Shown one piece after another: positions 52,365-64,000 of a stretch of 64,000 nucleotides of DNA. This DNA comes from Mobula hypostoma. Its lineage: Eukaryota. How positions within the stretch are numbered: position 1 is the first letter of the stretch; each line of letters begins with the position of its first letter. The position numbers and the translations under genes were made by a program. Below the pieces are notes generated by a model. It did not search any database and was not told where the DNA came from. It saw nothing but the letters and a program-made list of their open reading frames with translations. The DNA lies in assembly GCF_963921235.1 (NCBI RefSeq), contig NC_086108.1, positions 75,766,001-75,830,000 of the forward strand. The letters run 5' to 3'.

Positions 52365-52770
52365 ATCATCTTCGTTATGTGCCATGTCATGTAACATGGG
52401 TGATCATGGTCTTTTCATGACCATGATTGCTCTTGGTAAAATTTTCTACAGAAGTAGTTTGCTATTGCCTTCTGGGCAGTATCTTTACAAGATGGGTGAC
52501 CCTAGCCATTATCAATACACTTCAGAGATTATCTGCCCGGTCAGTGGTCACATAACCAGGACTTGTGATAAGACCGTAAGACGATATGCACCTACTGCTC
52601 CTACAACCATCCACCCCCTGCTCCCATGGCTTCATGTGACCCTGAATTTTTGGGGGGGGGGGGGTTAAGCAGGTGCTACACTTTGCCCAAGGATAACCTG
52701 CAGGCTAGCAGAGGGAAGGAACGCCTTGCAAATCCTTTGGTACAGATTTTAATCTCCACCCTGCCACCCA
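52365..52770 (-). mobile_element. RTE-associated SINE / non-autonomous RTE element
   Basis: Reverse complement contains AGAAGGCAATAGCAAACTACTTCT, similar to the RTE/BovB-type AAGGCAATGGCAAACCAC motif. Confidence 0.5.
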
Positions 52771-53334
52771 GAGATCATTAGTACAAAAATCAATAACATT
52801 CTCAAAATAAATTCCAAGCATTGTATGTCTGAGAAACAAAAGAAGGTCCTGAAAGATTATCAAGTGATATTAAAGGAAGCTAATTTGGTTACATATATTG
52901 TTATGTTTTCAGCAGGAATAGGACATCATCAAACATTTCTAAGTGTATTGGAGGAATTTCAACAACGCATTTGTCCCAGTAATTGTAAACCAAAAAAAAC
53001 TGCAGATGCTAGAAATCTAAAATAAAGATTAAAAATACTGGAAGTGCTCAGCAGAGCAGACAGCATCCATGAAGAAGGAAAAAAGATTGAAATTTCATAT
53101 GGATGATCCAATCTTGATGGAAGTTTACAACTGATAGTTATTATCGGTTAAATCTATCCTTCTATCTGCAGATTCTGCCTGACCTGCTGAGTACTTGCAG
53201 TGATTTCCATCTTCGTTTGTTGTGGTAAACTTACACAGGTTTACAGCCAAAGGTCTTTATTACTGTGGAATGATACAAGATCTGCTGGATACAGTGAGTT
53301 GATGCTAGCTGTGTACATACATCTATTGATGCTT

Positions 53335-53515
53335 CTGGACACATCTGCAGTGATGTTCCTGGAATTATCGGGTGTTTCGGGTCTTTCAACATCATACAAC
53401 CTCCTCCAGGTGACCCAGCCGGAGCTGATCAGACCCCAGCTTGTGTCCAGATGGCTAGCTACCTATGACTCCATGGCTCCCCTCTCTTGAGCCACAGCCA
53501 TCTTGAGGCCCTCAA
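53335..53515 (-). mobile_element. 3' fragment of an R2/Hero-like retrotransposon
   Basis: Minus strand encodes RASRWLWLKR; tail homologous to 860-975. Confidence 0.6.
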
Positions 53516-54099
53516 AGCCTCAGCACGAAAACTAAATAGAGAATTTGACAGATATCACTTTTGAACAGTTCTCCTACACCTCATGGTGGATGACGCTAGA
53601 ATTACATTAGGACAAATCAAGGAGCAGGAAAGGTGCCAATTAGAAATAAATGAAAATAATCAATTTAAAATGGCAACAAAACATCATTAAGTTCAAATTA
53701 GTGATCTGATCAATCAGCTTTAAGTCATTAACGAACAGTATATTGAATTTCCCTTTGCTGGCTGCTATACACAAAAACATACAAGGAAATAGGAGCAGGA
53801 ATAGGTCATTGTCCTTTGACATGCCACTGACTTCAAAAAGACCTTGGCTAATCTACTTAACAGCATTTTCCTGCTTTGACCCGTGTCCTTTGAATCCTGT
53901 AATAACCAAAAACTTATCAGTCTAACTGAATCACCACATCCCCTGAGTAGTGTATTCCTTTGATTCACCACAAACTGAATGAAAAGAATTCTCCTCAGCT
54001 CAATCCTAAATAGCCAGCTGCTTATTTTGAGATTATGCCCACGTTCTGGACCCTCATATGTGGAACAATATTCCACCTGCATCAGCCAAATGATGTCCC

Positions 54100-57000
54100 G
54101 TAAGTCCCTAAACTGTGGACCCTTTCACTTACCTTCAGTATTCCCAATCAATGTTTCCGGTCAAGATGGCACTGGCATACTATGCTCCCATGGTCGACAT
54201 CTTCCGGATAGACCATGAATCCATATATTTTGCCAATTCTATGTTTGTTTTTGTCTTGAATGTGATTCTGGAATGGTTGGAGCCTGTGATTTGCAGTTTG
54301 GAGATTGTTTGGGTGTTTCAGCGCTCTGCAGTTTCTGAGTGGATTCTGAGATACAGGGGCAGCGTGCATGAAGTTTGTGACTTGAATGCGGGATGGGGTG
54401 CAAGCCAATGTTTGACTCTATTTCGCCGATTAAACCTTCCATTTGATTAAAGCGACGAGGGAGAATGAAACATCGCAGCGAATGCAGAAGGTGAGCGTCA
54501 GCAGCCTGCATTTTGATCGCTGGTGTGATCGCTCTGCTACCGAAGAGGGAAGAGACTGCTGCTGTGCCCAGAGAATGTTACCCAGGTTTTCTGCATCTTA
54601 GGGTACAGTCCATATCTTGGTTTACCACGTCTGAATGGCCATTGAACTGTGGGTGAAACCCAGAGGAATGTCTCACTGTTGCCCCAATCAGTTTGCAAAA
54701 TGCCCTCCAGAAACAGGATGCAAATTGTGGACCACTATCTGACACAATGTCTACCAGAAAACTATGGTTCCAGGAGACCTGCTGCAGGGTAATCTCAGCC
54801 ATCTCTACGACAGATGGAAATCTGTCCAAGGTGATGAACTTGCAGGCCTTTGAAAAAAAAATGATCCACAATTACCATGATAATGGTCTTTCCATTGGAA
54901 GGAGGAAGACCCATGACAAACTCCATGGAGGTGTGAGCCCATGGTCTTTCCAGAACAGGGAGAGGGTGAAAGGGACCTTGAGGTTGGGTGCAGTGCTCCT
55001 TGTTCCGGGCGCACACCTCGTATGCTTGCATGGATTGACGGATATCCCTTGCCATTCCAGGCCACCAATATCTTCTCAGTGAACTCGAGGGTCCTGGCAA
55101 TCTCTGGGAGAGATGTCAATCTCGATGCATGACCCTACTGAAGAACCTGAGACCAGAAGGGACTGGGAACGAATAGCTGACCCAGAGGGCCATTCTGAGG
55201 AATCTTCCCTTGCACCTGGGCCTTACAAACACTTGTGTTGATCCCCCAGTGATTGGCGGATCAAAATGGTTTTAATCAGTTTTGGCTTGGGACAAAATGG
55301 TAGCAGGCTTTTCTCATTCATGTTCATCAAATTGACGAAACAAGGCTTCTGGTTTCTGGTTCTTAGATCCCGGTCGATAGATGAGGGTGAAATTTAAATG
55401 GTTAAAGAAAAGAAATCACCACCCGCCTGGAATTCAGTCTCTTGGCCTCCTGAATATAAGCCAGGTTCTCGTGGTCCGTCCATGCAATAAAAGGGTTCTT
55501 GACCTCCTCAAGCCAGTGACGCAATTCCTTCAGAGCCAATTTGACCATAAGCAGCTCTTTATTTCCAATGTTGTAATTCACCTCTTCCAGGGATAGTTAC
55601 CTGGAAAAGAACACGCACGGGTGCAGTTTATTGTCCAAAGATGTCTGTTGAGACAACACTGCACCCACTCCAATGTCTGAGACAGCCACTTCCACGATGA
55701 AGGGAAGGTCCAGTTTGAGTGCAACCAAAATGGGAGCTGATGTGAATTGCTGTTTGAGCTCTGCGAAAGTAGCCTCCGCCTTGGTAGTCCAAAGAAAAGG
55801 GCCCTTGGATCTCTTGGTTAATGCCATCAGAAGTGCCGCCCCTGAGCTGAAGTTTCTGATAACCTTTTGATAAAAGTTGGCAAATCCCAGAAATCGTTGG
55901 ACTTGCTTCACATTGGATGTTTGTGGCCAATCTTCGACAGCAGGCATCTTACTAGGGTCTATCTTGAAATTGCCATTAGAGATGATGAAGTCCAAAAAAG
56001 AAATGGTGGATATATGAAATTCAGACTTCTCCAGCTTGATGATCATGATCAAGGAAACTCTTTAGGATATCTCTGACGTGAGCAATGTGCTCCTCCATGG
56101 ATTCAAGAAAATTAAGAAGAGCTTATGGAAAGTATCCCAGAACATGTACTTATGGAGAGCATCCCGGATCACGTCATTTATAAAGGCCTGGAAAATTACT
56201 GGTGCATTCACAAGGCCAAAGGGCATGACCAGATACTCATAGTGCCCTGTTGGTGTGTTAAATACCACTTTCCACTTGTCACCCTCCTATATACAAATCA
56301 AGTTGGATGTGCTCCGCAAGTCCAGCTTCAAGAATACTCTTGCCCCTTGGAGAATCTCAAAAGCTGTGTTCATAAGTGGAAGAGAGTAACGATGCTTGAG
56401 CATTTTGCGATTCTACCCCCTATAATCAATGCAAGGCTGCAGACTCCCGTCTTCCTTCTGTACAAAGAAAAAACCAGCTCCAGCTGGAGAGGTGGAGGGT
56501 CAAATCAATCCCAGGCAGAGCCTCCTTAATATACTCTTCCATAGCACTTCTCTCCAGGTCTGAGAGTGTGTATAATCGACCCCTTGGAGGACACATACCT
56601 GGCAGTAGATCTATTGCACAATTGTAGGAATGGTGTGATGGGAGGGTCCCTTACTGAAGACCTCTTCCAAATCCTTGCAGAGGGAAGGGATTTCTACCAG
56701 CTTGGGTGCTGTAGTTACCCCTGAACCTTCCTCTGAGATGACTTCTGAGACTCCATTGGTAGCGGGGGTGCTTCAGCAGACCCAAGTCTCCCCCGTAGCT
56801 GCCCCATTAGCTTTTGTTTTCGGAGAAAACAAAAGCCAAATCACAGTCCAAATCCTTATCTATGTGCTCAGACATCAGCAGCGAGGTGCAACAAATGGTC
56901 CTTATGTTCCTGGAACTAGGTTCCAAGAATCTCCATCTTGAAGCCCCTGAGACGGGACCTGGCAACTGGAGCCCTTTGACTTAGCTGCTAGGTTTCCATA

Positions 57001-59354
57001 CTGCGCGGGCATCTCCTTGGTTTGCTCCTGAACTAGAGATCTCGCTCCAGCGCACCCCTGACTGAACTGTCGGGACTTGCACAGGCCTATTGGCTGGAGC
57101 CGGCTTGTCTTCCCTTGAAGGTAGGGCTGGGTCTCCTGTAGGCTGCAGGATATCCTGAGCAGAAGTCTGTCCCCTCGCTAGCTGCTTGTCTCAGGAGAGT
57201 CTGTGGATTGGAACACCAAGCTGAAAACAAACCCTCTTACACTGGCTGGACCAAGCAGTGATTCTCCCCTCTCTTCAGTCCACAGATGGTTTATGCTGAG
57301 ACAGCCAAGGGTACCTGAGGATCAGGGGTATGAGCGGAGAGTCAATAATGTAGAAACTAATGTCTTCCACATGATCCCCTGTCCTCATCTGCAATTTCAC
57401 AGTCTATTGCTGGATCTGCCCGGTACCTAGTGGGCAGCTGTCCAAGTCAGTTACGAACAAGGACTGTCTCAACTCTCGCATCAGGATGTCAAACTGATGG
57501 GCGGTTCCTCTATCCAGAGAATTACCCACTGCCCCAGAGTCCACAAAAGCCTTCAGCTGCCTCAGGTTCTTACCCCAGGTAAACTCTGCCTTCTGCACAA
57601 AACCAGAATCCGTAGGGTTGGGCATAGTGGCTGCTACCATCACAGTCCTTCCAACGCTGGACAGCCTTAGCAGTTCCTCGGGTGGCTGCAGCTTCAGACA
57701 TTTGGCCTACAGGTGACTTGCTTCCCCAAAGTAAAAGCAGCAACCTTGATGCCCAAATCTGGGACCTCTCCTCGGCGGAGAAACTCAGTTACAGAGAAAG
57801 GTTGAATAGGTTAGGACTTTATTCCCTGGAGCGTAGAAGAATGAGGGGAGATTTGATAGAGGTATATAAAATTATGATGGGTATAGATAGAGTGAATGCA
57901 AGCAGGCTTTTTCCACTGAGGCAAGGGGAGAAAAAAACCAGAGGACATGGGTTAAGGGTGAGGGGGGAAAAGTTTAAAGGGAACATTAGGGGGGGCTTCT
58001 TCACACAGAGAGTGGTGGGAGTATGGAATGAGCTGCCAGACGAGGTGGTAAATGCGGGTTCTTTTTTAACATTTAAGAATAAATCGGACAGATACATGGA
58101 TGGGAGGTGTATGGAAGGATATGGTCCGTGTGCAGGTCAGTGGGATTAGGCAGAAAATGGTTCGGCACAGCCAAGAAGGGCCAAAGGGCCTGTTTCTGTG
58201 CTGTAGTTTCTATGGTTCTATGGAGAGTCTAGTGCAGCCAACCTGCTTGGGTTCAACTGGATCTTGAGTAGGCAATGGGCTGGTCATGGCCCGAGGATGG
58301 GGAGTGGAACAATGATGCGTTGAGTCCAGGCTAGGACGAGCCCACCTCGACATCATAAAGTGGTCCCACCTTTGCTCTGCCAGACAATTATCAAAATGGA
58401 TGGACTGGTCGATGAGAACATTTAAGTCCTCTGCTGGCTCTCCCAAGGCAAGGGAATCCTTCAGTTTATCTTGGAGTCTGTGGCGCTATAGCATGGCCAA
58501 AGCCTTCCCATTCTAACCATTCTCCTGAGCTAGGGTCCGAAATTCGATTGCATAGTCAGCTGCTGACCGTCCCCCTGTTGAACCTTCGTCAGTTGGTCTG
58601 AGGTTTGGCTGGCTCCAGCAGGGTGATGAAACATTTCCCTCATAGCAGCCATGAATTCGTCCAAGTCCAAGCAAATCTCTGACCTGCATTCCAAATGTGC
58701 GATGACACAGGCCAGGGCTCTCCCAATCAAAAGAGAGATAATGAAGGCCACCTTTCCATACTCCAAAAGGGAACTGGGACAACTGGAGCTCAAACACAAA
58801 TGAGCACTGGATGAGGAAGCCGTGGCAAGAACTCGGGTCCCCGTCAAATCTCTCCGCTGTTGCAAGTTGTTCTGGTTCTGAAGCGGGACCAACTGGTTCT
58901 CCCAAGCAACCCTGGCCTCCTCCTTGCAAAAGTTGACTGATGGCTACCTGGAGATCATGTATCTCCAGGCTCTGTTGGGAAATATCTTTGCTGCAGCTGG
59001 TCACCAGTGGACAGTAGACTCTGATGCCCTGCTGGGCCCATACTGACTCAATCGTACTGTGACGAGAGTCCTTGACGAGGATGGCTTGGACCCAAATGCT
59101 GGAGTATCCAAGGTTAGGATCAAGACATAACTTCAAAATGGATCAAGAATCTGAGCACAATTGTGAGTAGGCCTACAACTGAGCACCGAACTTCAATTCA
59201 GGTGCTCCTTAAATGCTCAATCCTTGGCGCCTAAAATATGATTGCCAAGAAGGACTATCCTGAATCTTTAAAAGGGCTGTGCTGGCTATCCATACTCCAG
59301 GGAGTTAGAGCATCTAACTCTCGGAAGCTGACGCAGCTGGGTATGTGTCATAAC
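54100..59354 (-). mobile_element. Degraded Ty3/Gypsy chromovirus-type (Sushi-like) LTR retrotransposon; 5' LTR about 59078-59354, 3' LTR not found
   Basis: Gag ERFDGDPSSCHGFLIQC / KVAFIISLLIGRAL, protease [30 protein letters not shown], RNase H-side VQRFLGFANFY...DIGVGAVLSQ, integrase YWWPGM...IVSDSGPQFAS...SGFHPQFNG; TG...CA block upstream of gag. Confidence 0.92.
57782..58222 (+). mobile_element. Young CR1 3' fragment inserted in the Gypsy gag
   Basis: LSYRERLNRLGLYSLERRRMRGDLIEVYKI...FFTQRVVGVWNELP; tail TTTCTATGGTTCTATGG. Confidence 0.9.
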
Positions 59355-59559
59355 AAATGTGATATTGATCATCCTGATTTCTCTACTTCTCTCTCATGCT
59401 TTAGCCTACTGCCTTCTAAACATGCTGCACTTTATTCACTGAGAAACCAATCTGTGTCATCATCAGATCCATTGATGAGGATGGTACAGTTGTCGTATGT
59501 CAAACTGACCTCTGTCTCACAGAAGCCAGGTATCAGATCTCAGACACCTCATCGTGAGG

Positions 59560-59925
59560 ATCATAATTATCACCCGGGTGACCAAGGACTTCATTTCTTT
59601 GGGAGGTCTTCCCTCCACAGCTTCCAGTTTTATAGAATCTAAGTCCTGTGCAGCCCGCCTCCATCTCCTGCCCAAAATCCACAGGCAGAACTATACTGGC
59701 AGATACTTGTTTCAGCCTGTTCTTACCCTACCGAATTTATTTCTGCCCACCTTGGCTCTATCTTTTCTCCTCTTGTCCACTCCCTTCCTACTCGTATCCA
59801 TAACACCTCTGGTGACCCCATCATTTTACCTTTTCCAGTTCTTTGTCCCAACAGACTCATCTTTACTATGGACATATAATCCCTTTACACCTTCATTCCA
59901 TATCAAGATGGTCTGCTTCTTCCCT
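59560..59925 (+). mobile_element. Old PLE RT fragment
   Basis: ARLHLLPKIHRQNYTGR resembles the PLE RT motif FYLLPKIHK...GRPIVS. Confidence 0.55.
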
Positions 59926-60843
59926 AGGAAGCCTCCTGGACTCATACTGAATTCTACAACTTAAGTTAACTTGATTTCATTGTCTGTATCAGTCATTCAT
60001 CTGTACTGTTGGCTCAGCTTGTTTCTTTTTCTTTGAGAACATAGATCATGATCAGCCTGATCTGTCGATTTGTCCTCCTGTTCTGCATTTCACCATTCCC
60101 ATATTCTTTATTTGACCAGATTCTTTTGACTATATTCTCACTCTCTGTTTCCATTCACTCACTGACCAGATAATCTTGTTGACAGTTTTTCCTCATGGTC
60201 ACCCTGATTGCAATAAATCAAACACACCTTTTCACAGTCTCTGCAGCTACACCAGTTTTCTTTTTGTGTTTTTTTTCTCGTAGTACCAGACCCATCATCC
60301 TGAGAACCAATCTTCTGTCCCTCTATAAGAAAAAATATCCTTTCTCAGGAAAGGAGACCAAAATTGCTTATAATAGTTAAATGTCCTCTCTTAATCTCCT
60401 GTTTAATTGTAATAAGATGTCCTTCCTTTTGTACTCAAACTCCTTTTCAAATGAAGCTAACATAACTTTTGTTGAATTATTGGCTTCTGTACCCACAGGT
60501 TAGCTTTAACTGTCTGGTGTACAAGGACACCCAAATCCCTTTTCTGATTCTCACCATTTAAAAAAACACTTCCTAAATTTTTTTTTTCTTATCGAAGTGG
60601 ATAACTTCATATTTTCTACATTACACTGTCTACCATGGAGTTATACACTCACTTAGCTAGTCTTTATCCCTGTGAATCACCTTGTCATCATATTCCTCCA
60701 TTCACGTTCCCACTTGGCTTGATGTCATTGGCAAATTTAAAAATGTTACATCTGATCTGCTTAGCCAAATTATCGATAAAGGTTGTGAATCAAATCTCAC
60801 TATCACAGCCTGCCTATTGAGAGAACCACTATTAATTCCTTCT

Positions 60844-61333
60844 CAAACACGAGAAAATCTGCAGATGCTGGAAATTCAAGCAACACACACAAAATGCTGG
60901 TGGAACGCAGCAGGCCAGGCAGCATCTATAGGAAGAAGCACAGTCGACATTTCAGGCTGAGACCCTTCGTCAGAGCTAACTGAAAGAAGAGATAGTAAGA
61001 GATTTGAAAGTGGGAGGGGGAGGGGGAGATCTGAAATGATAGGAGAAGACAGGAGGGGGAGGGATAGATCTAGGAGCTGGAAAGTTGATTGGCAAAAGGG
61101 ATACAAGGCTGGAGAAGGGAGAGGATCATGGAACTGGAGGCCTAGGGAGAAAGAAAGGGGGAGGGGAGTGCCAGAGGAAGATGGAGAGAAGGCAAGGAGT
61201 AATTGTGAGAGGGACAGAGAGAGAAAAAAAATGGGGGGGGGGAAATAAATAAATAAGTAAATAAGGGATGGGGTGAGAATGGGAGGAGGGGCACTAACGG
61301 AAGTTAGATAAGTCAATGTTCATGCTATCAGGT
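60844..61333 (-). mobile_element. PLE 3' tail
   Basis: Homologous to 28807-29235, with a degenerate hammerhead motif at 60941-60977. Confidence 0.88.
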
Positions 61334-61399
61334 TGTCTAGGACAAGAGAGTACAGCCTCAGGATAGAGGAGTGTCCATTTAAAACAGAGATGTGGAGCA

Positions 61400-64000
61400 A
61401 GAAGGCTGCGAGTGAAAGGCTGATTTTAGGAGCCAAGGCAGTTTTTACCACTTGGGGTAAAAGAGAGGCAAGACTGCGCAGGCGCGTGACATCAGCCAGT
61501 AGAGTGAGAAAGGTTTGAAAAGAAGACCGCCATATCCAGTGGGCAGCGGAGTGAGAGGCAGCAGAGTGATAGGGCTTTGGCTCTACAGACTTAGGTGGTA
61601 ACGGGATGAGGCGAGGTAGGTTTACTGGTGTTATTTGCTGAAAGGAGGAAATATGTGTGTGAGGTCAGTTTTCTATGCTCGGTGTCAGATGTGGGAGGTC
61701 CTGGAGTCTCCCAGCCTCCCGGATGGCCATATCTGTACCAGGTATGTCGAACTGCAGCTCCTAAGGGACCCAGTTAGGGAACTGGAGATGCAGCTTGATG
61801 ACCTTCGCCTGGTCAGGGAGTGCGAGGAAGTGATAGAAAGGAGTTATAGCCAGATGGTCACACCGAGGCCACGGGAGACAGACAAGTGGATCACAGTCAG
61901 GAGGGGGAAGGGGAAGAGTCAGGTACAAGAGAGTACTCCTGTGGTTGCACCTCCTGACAATAAGTACTCCTGTTTGAGTACTCTCGGGGTGGACAGCCTA
62001 CCTGGGGGAAGCGGCAGTGGTCATGCCTCTGGCACAGAGTCTGGCCCTGTGGCTCAGAAGGGTAGGGAAAGGAAGAGGAAGGCAGTAGTGATAGGGGACT
62101 CTATAGTTAGGGGGTCCGACAGGTGATTCTCTGGACGCAGGAAAGAAACTTGGATGGTAGTTTGCCCCCCAGGTGCCGGGGTCAGGGAAGTTTCACATCA
62201 CATCCAAGATATCCTGTAGTGGGAGGGAGAACAGCCAGAGGTCATGGTACATATTGGTACCAATGACATAGGTAGGAAAAGGGAAGCGGTCCTGAAAAAA
62301 TAATACAAAGAGTTAAGAAGGAAGTTGAGAAGCAGGACTGCAAAGGTAGTAATCTCGGGATTGCTGCCTGTGCCACGCAACAGTGAGAATAGGAATAGAA
62401 TGAGGTGGAGGATAAATGCGTGGCTGAAGGATTGAAGCAGGGGGCAGGGATTCAGATTTCTGGATCATTGGGACCTCTTTTGGGGCAGGTGTGACCTGTA
62501 CAAAAAGGACGGGTTGCACTTGAATCCCAGGGGGACCAATATCCTGGCGGGGAGGTTGGCTAAGGCTACTGGGGAGAGTTTAAACTAGAATTGTAGGGGG
62601 TTGGGAACTGAATTCAAGAGACTGGGGAAAAGGAGGTTGGCTCACAAATAGAGAAAGCTTGTAGACAGTGCGAGAAGGAGGGTAGGCAGGTGATAGAGAA
62701 GGAGAGAAGGGACGCGCTCAGACCAAAGGTTTGAGATGCGTTTATTTTAAAGCAAGGAGTGTTGTGAACAAAGGCGGATGAGCTTAGAGTGTGGATCAGT
62801 ACTTGGAGATACGATGTGCTGGCCATTACAGAGACTTGGATGGCTCAGGGACAGGAATGGTTACTTCATGTGCCGGGTTTTAGATGTTTCAGAAAGGACA
62901 GGGAGGGAGGCAAAAGAGGTGGGGGCATGGCACTGTTGATCAGAGATAGTGTCACGGCTGCAGAAAAGGTGGACGCCATGGAGGGATTGTCTACGGAGTC
63001 TCTGTGGGAGGAGGTTAGGAACAGGAAGGGGTCAATAACTTTACTGGGTGTTTTTTATAGGCCACCCAATAGTAACAGGGATATCCAGGAGCAGATAGGG
63101 AAACAGATCCTGGAAGGGTGTAATAGTAACAGAGTTGCCGTGCTGGGCCATTTTAATTTCATAAATATCAATTAGCATCTCCCTAGAGCAAGGTGTTTAG
63201 ATGGGGTGGGGTTTGTTAGGTGTGTTCAGGAAATTTTCTTGACACAATGTGTAGATAAGCTTACAAGAGGAGAGGCTGTACTTGATTTGGTATTGGGAAA
63301 TGAACCTGGTCAGGTGTCAGATCTCTCAGTGGGAAAGCATTTTGATCATATTGGAGTAAGGGGAATTATGAGACTATCAGGCAGGAACTTGGAAGCATAA
63401 ATTGGAAACAGATATACTCAGGGAAACATACGGAAGAAGTGTGGCAAATGTTCAGGGGATATTTGAGTGGAGTACTGCATAGGTATGTTCCAATGAGACA
63501 GGGAAGTTATGGTAGGGTACAGGAACCATGGTGTACAAAGGCTATAATAGACCTAGTCAAGAAGAAAAGAAAAGCTTACAAAAGGTTCAGAGAGCTAGGT
63601 AATGTTAGAGATCTAGAAGATTATAAGGCTAATAGGAAGGAGTGTAAGAAGGAAATTAGGAGCGCCAGAAGGGGCCATGAGAAGGCCTTGGCGGGCAGGA
63701 TTAAGGAAAACCCCAGTGCATTCGACAAGTATGTGAAGAGCAAGAGGATAAGACGTGAAAGAATAGGACCTATCAGGTGCGACAGTGGGAAATTGTGTAT
63801 GGAACCGGAGGAAATAGCAGAGGTACTTAATGAATACTTTACTTCAGTATTCACTATGGAAAAGGATCTTGGTGATTGTAGTGATGACTTGCAGCAGACT
63901 GAAAAGCTTGAGCATGTAGATATTAAGAAAGAGGATGTGCTGGAGCTTTTAGAAAGCATCAAGTTGGATAAGTCGCCGGGACCGGATGAGATGTACCCCA
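61400..64000 (+). mobile_element. 5' portion of a CR1 LINE (5'UTR, ORF1 Zn-finger/SGNH esterase, ORF2 APE), running off the window
   Basis: CQMWEV...GHICTRYVELQLL, KAVVIGDSIVRGSDR and YDVLAITETW...GVFYRPPNS, with stops and frameshifts. Confidence 0.92.

Noticed and set aside
58210..59136. Domesticated PEG10/RTL-like gag gene
   Set aside because: Frameshifted, disrupted by a CR1 insertion, and still attached to an LTR and a decayed pol.
40000..64000. Expected TESK2 neighbours (e.g. MMACHC, PRDX1) on either strand
   Set aside because: No recognisable exons found by eye; small exons could have been missed.

Overview
Vertebrate genomic DNA, AT-rich and CpG-depleted. The repeat inventory (CR1 LINEs with an esterase ORF1, V-SINEs, abundant Penelope-like elements) suggests a cartilaginous fish, probably a ray or shark; this is an inference. 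The only host gene I can support is the 5' part of TESK2 on the minus strand: coding exons at 14292-14510 and 9492-9613, and a probable CpG-island promoter/non-coding first exon near 39.6-39.9 kb. Most of the rest is nested transposable elements: CR1, Rex-Babar, L1-Tx1, R2-Hero, Penelope-like (PLE), two Tc1 elements, a Tigger-like element, a Helitron, a solo LTR and a Sushi-like Gypsy element. Most notable observations: (1) PLE 3' ends carry a minimal hammerhead ribozyme motif, and three TSD-flanked fold-back (palindromic) PLE insertions share one geometry, two with the junction at the ribozyme's 5' edge and one with stuttered repeats at the junction; (2) a Tc1 element very close to salmonid Sleeping Beauty but built from two right ends; (3) a non-autonomous Helitron retaining 23-aa STPR-like repeats just upstream of the TESK2 start exon; (4) uORFs in the TESK2 leader. 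Family assignments rest on recalled motifs, not database searches, and boundaries of old repeats are approximate.
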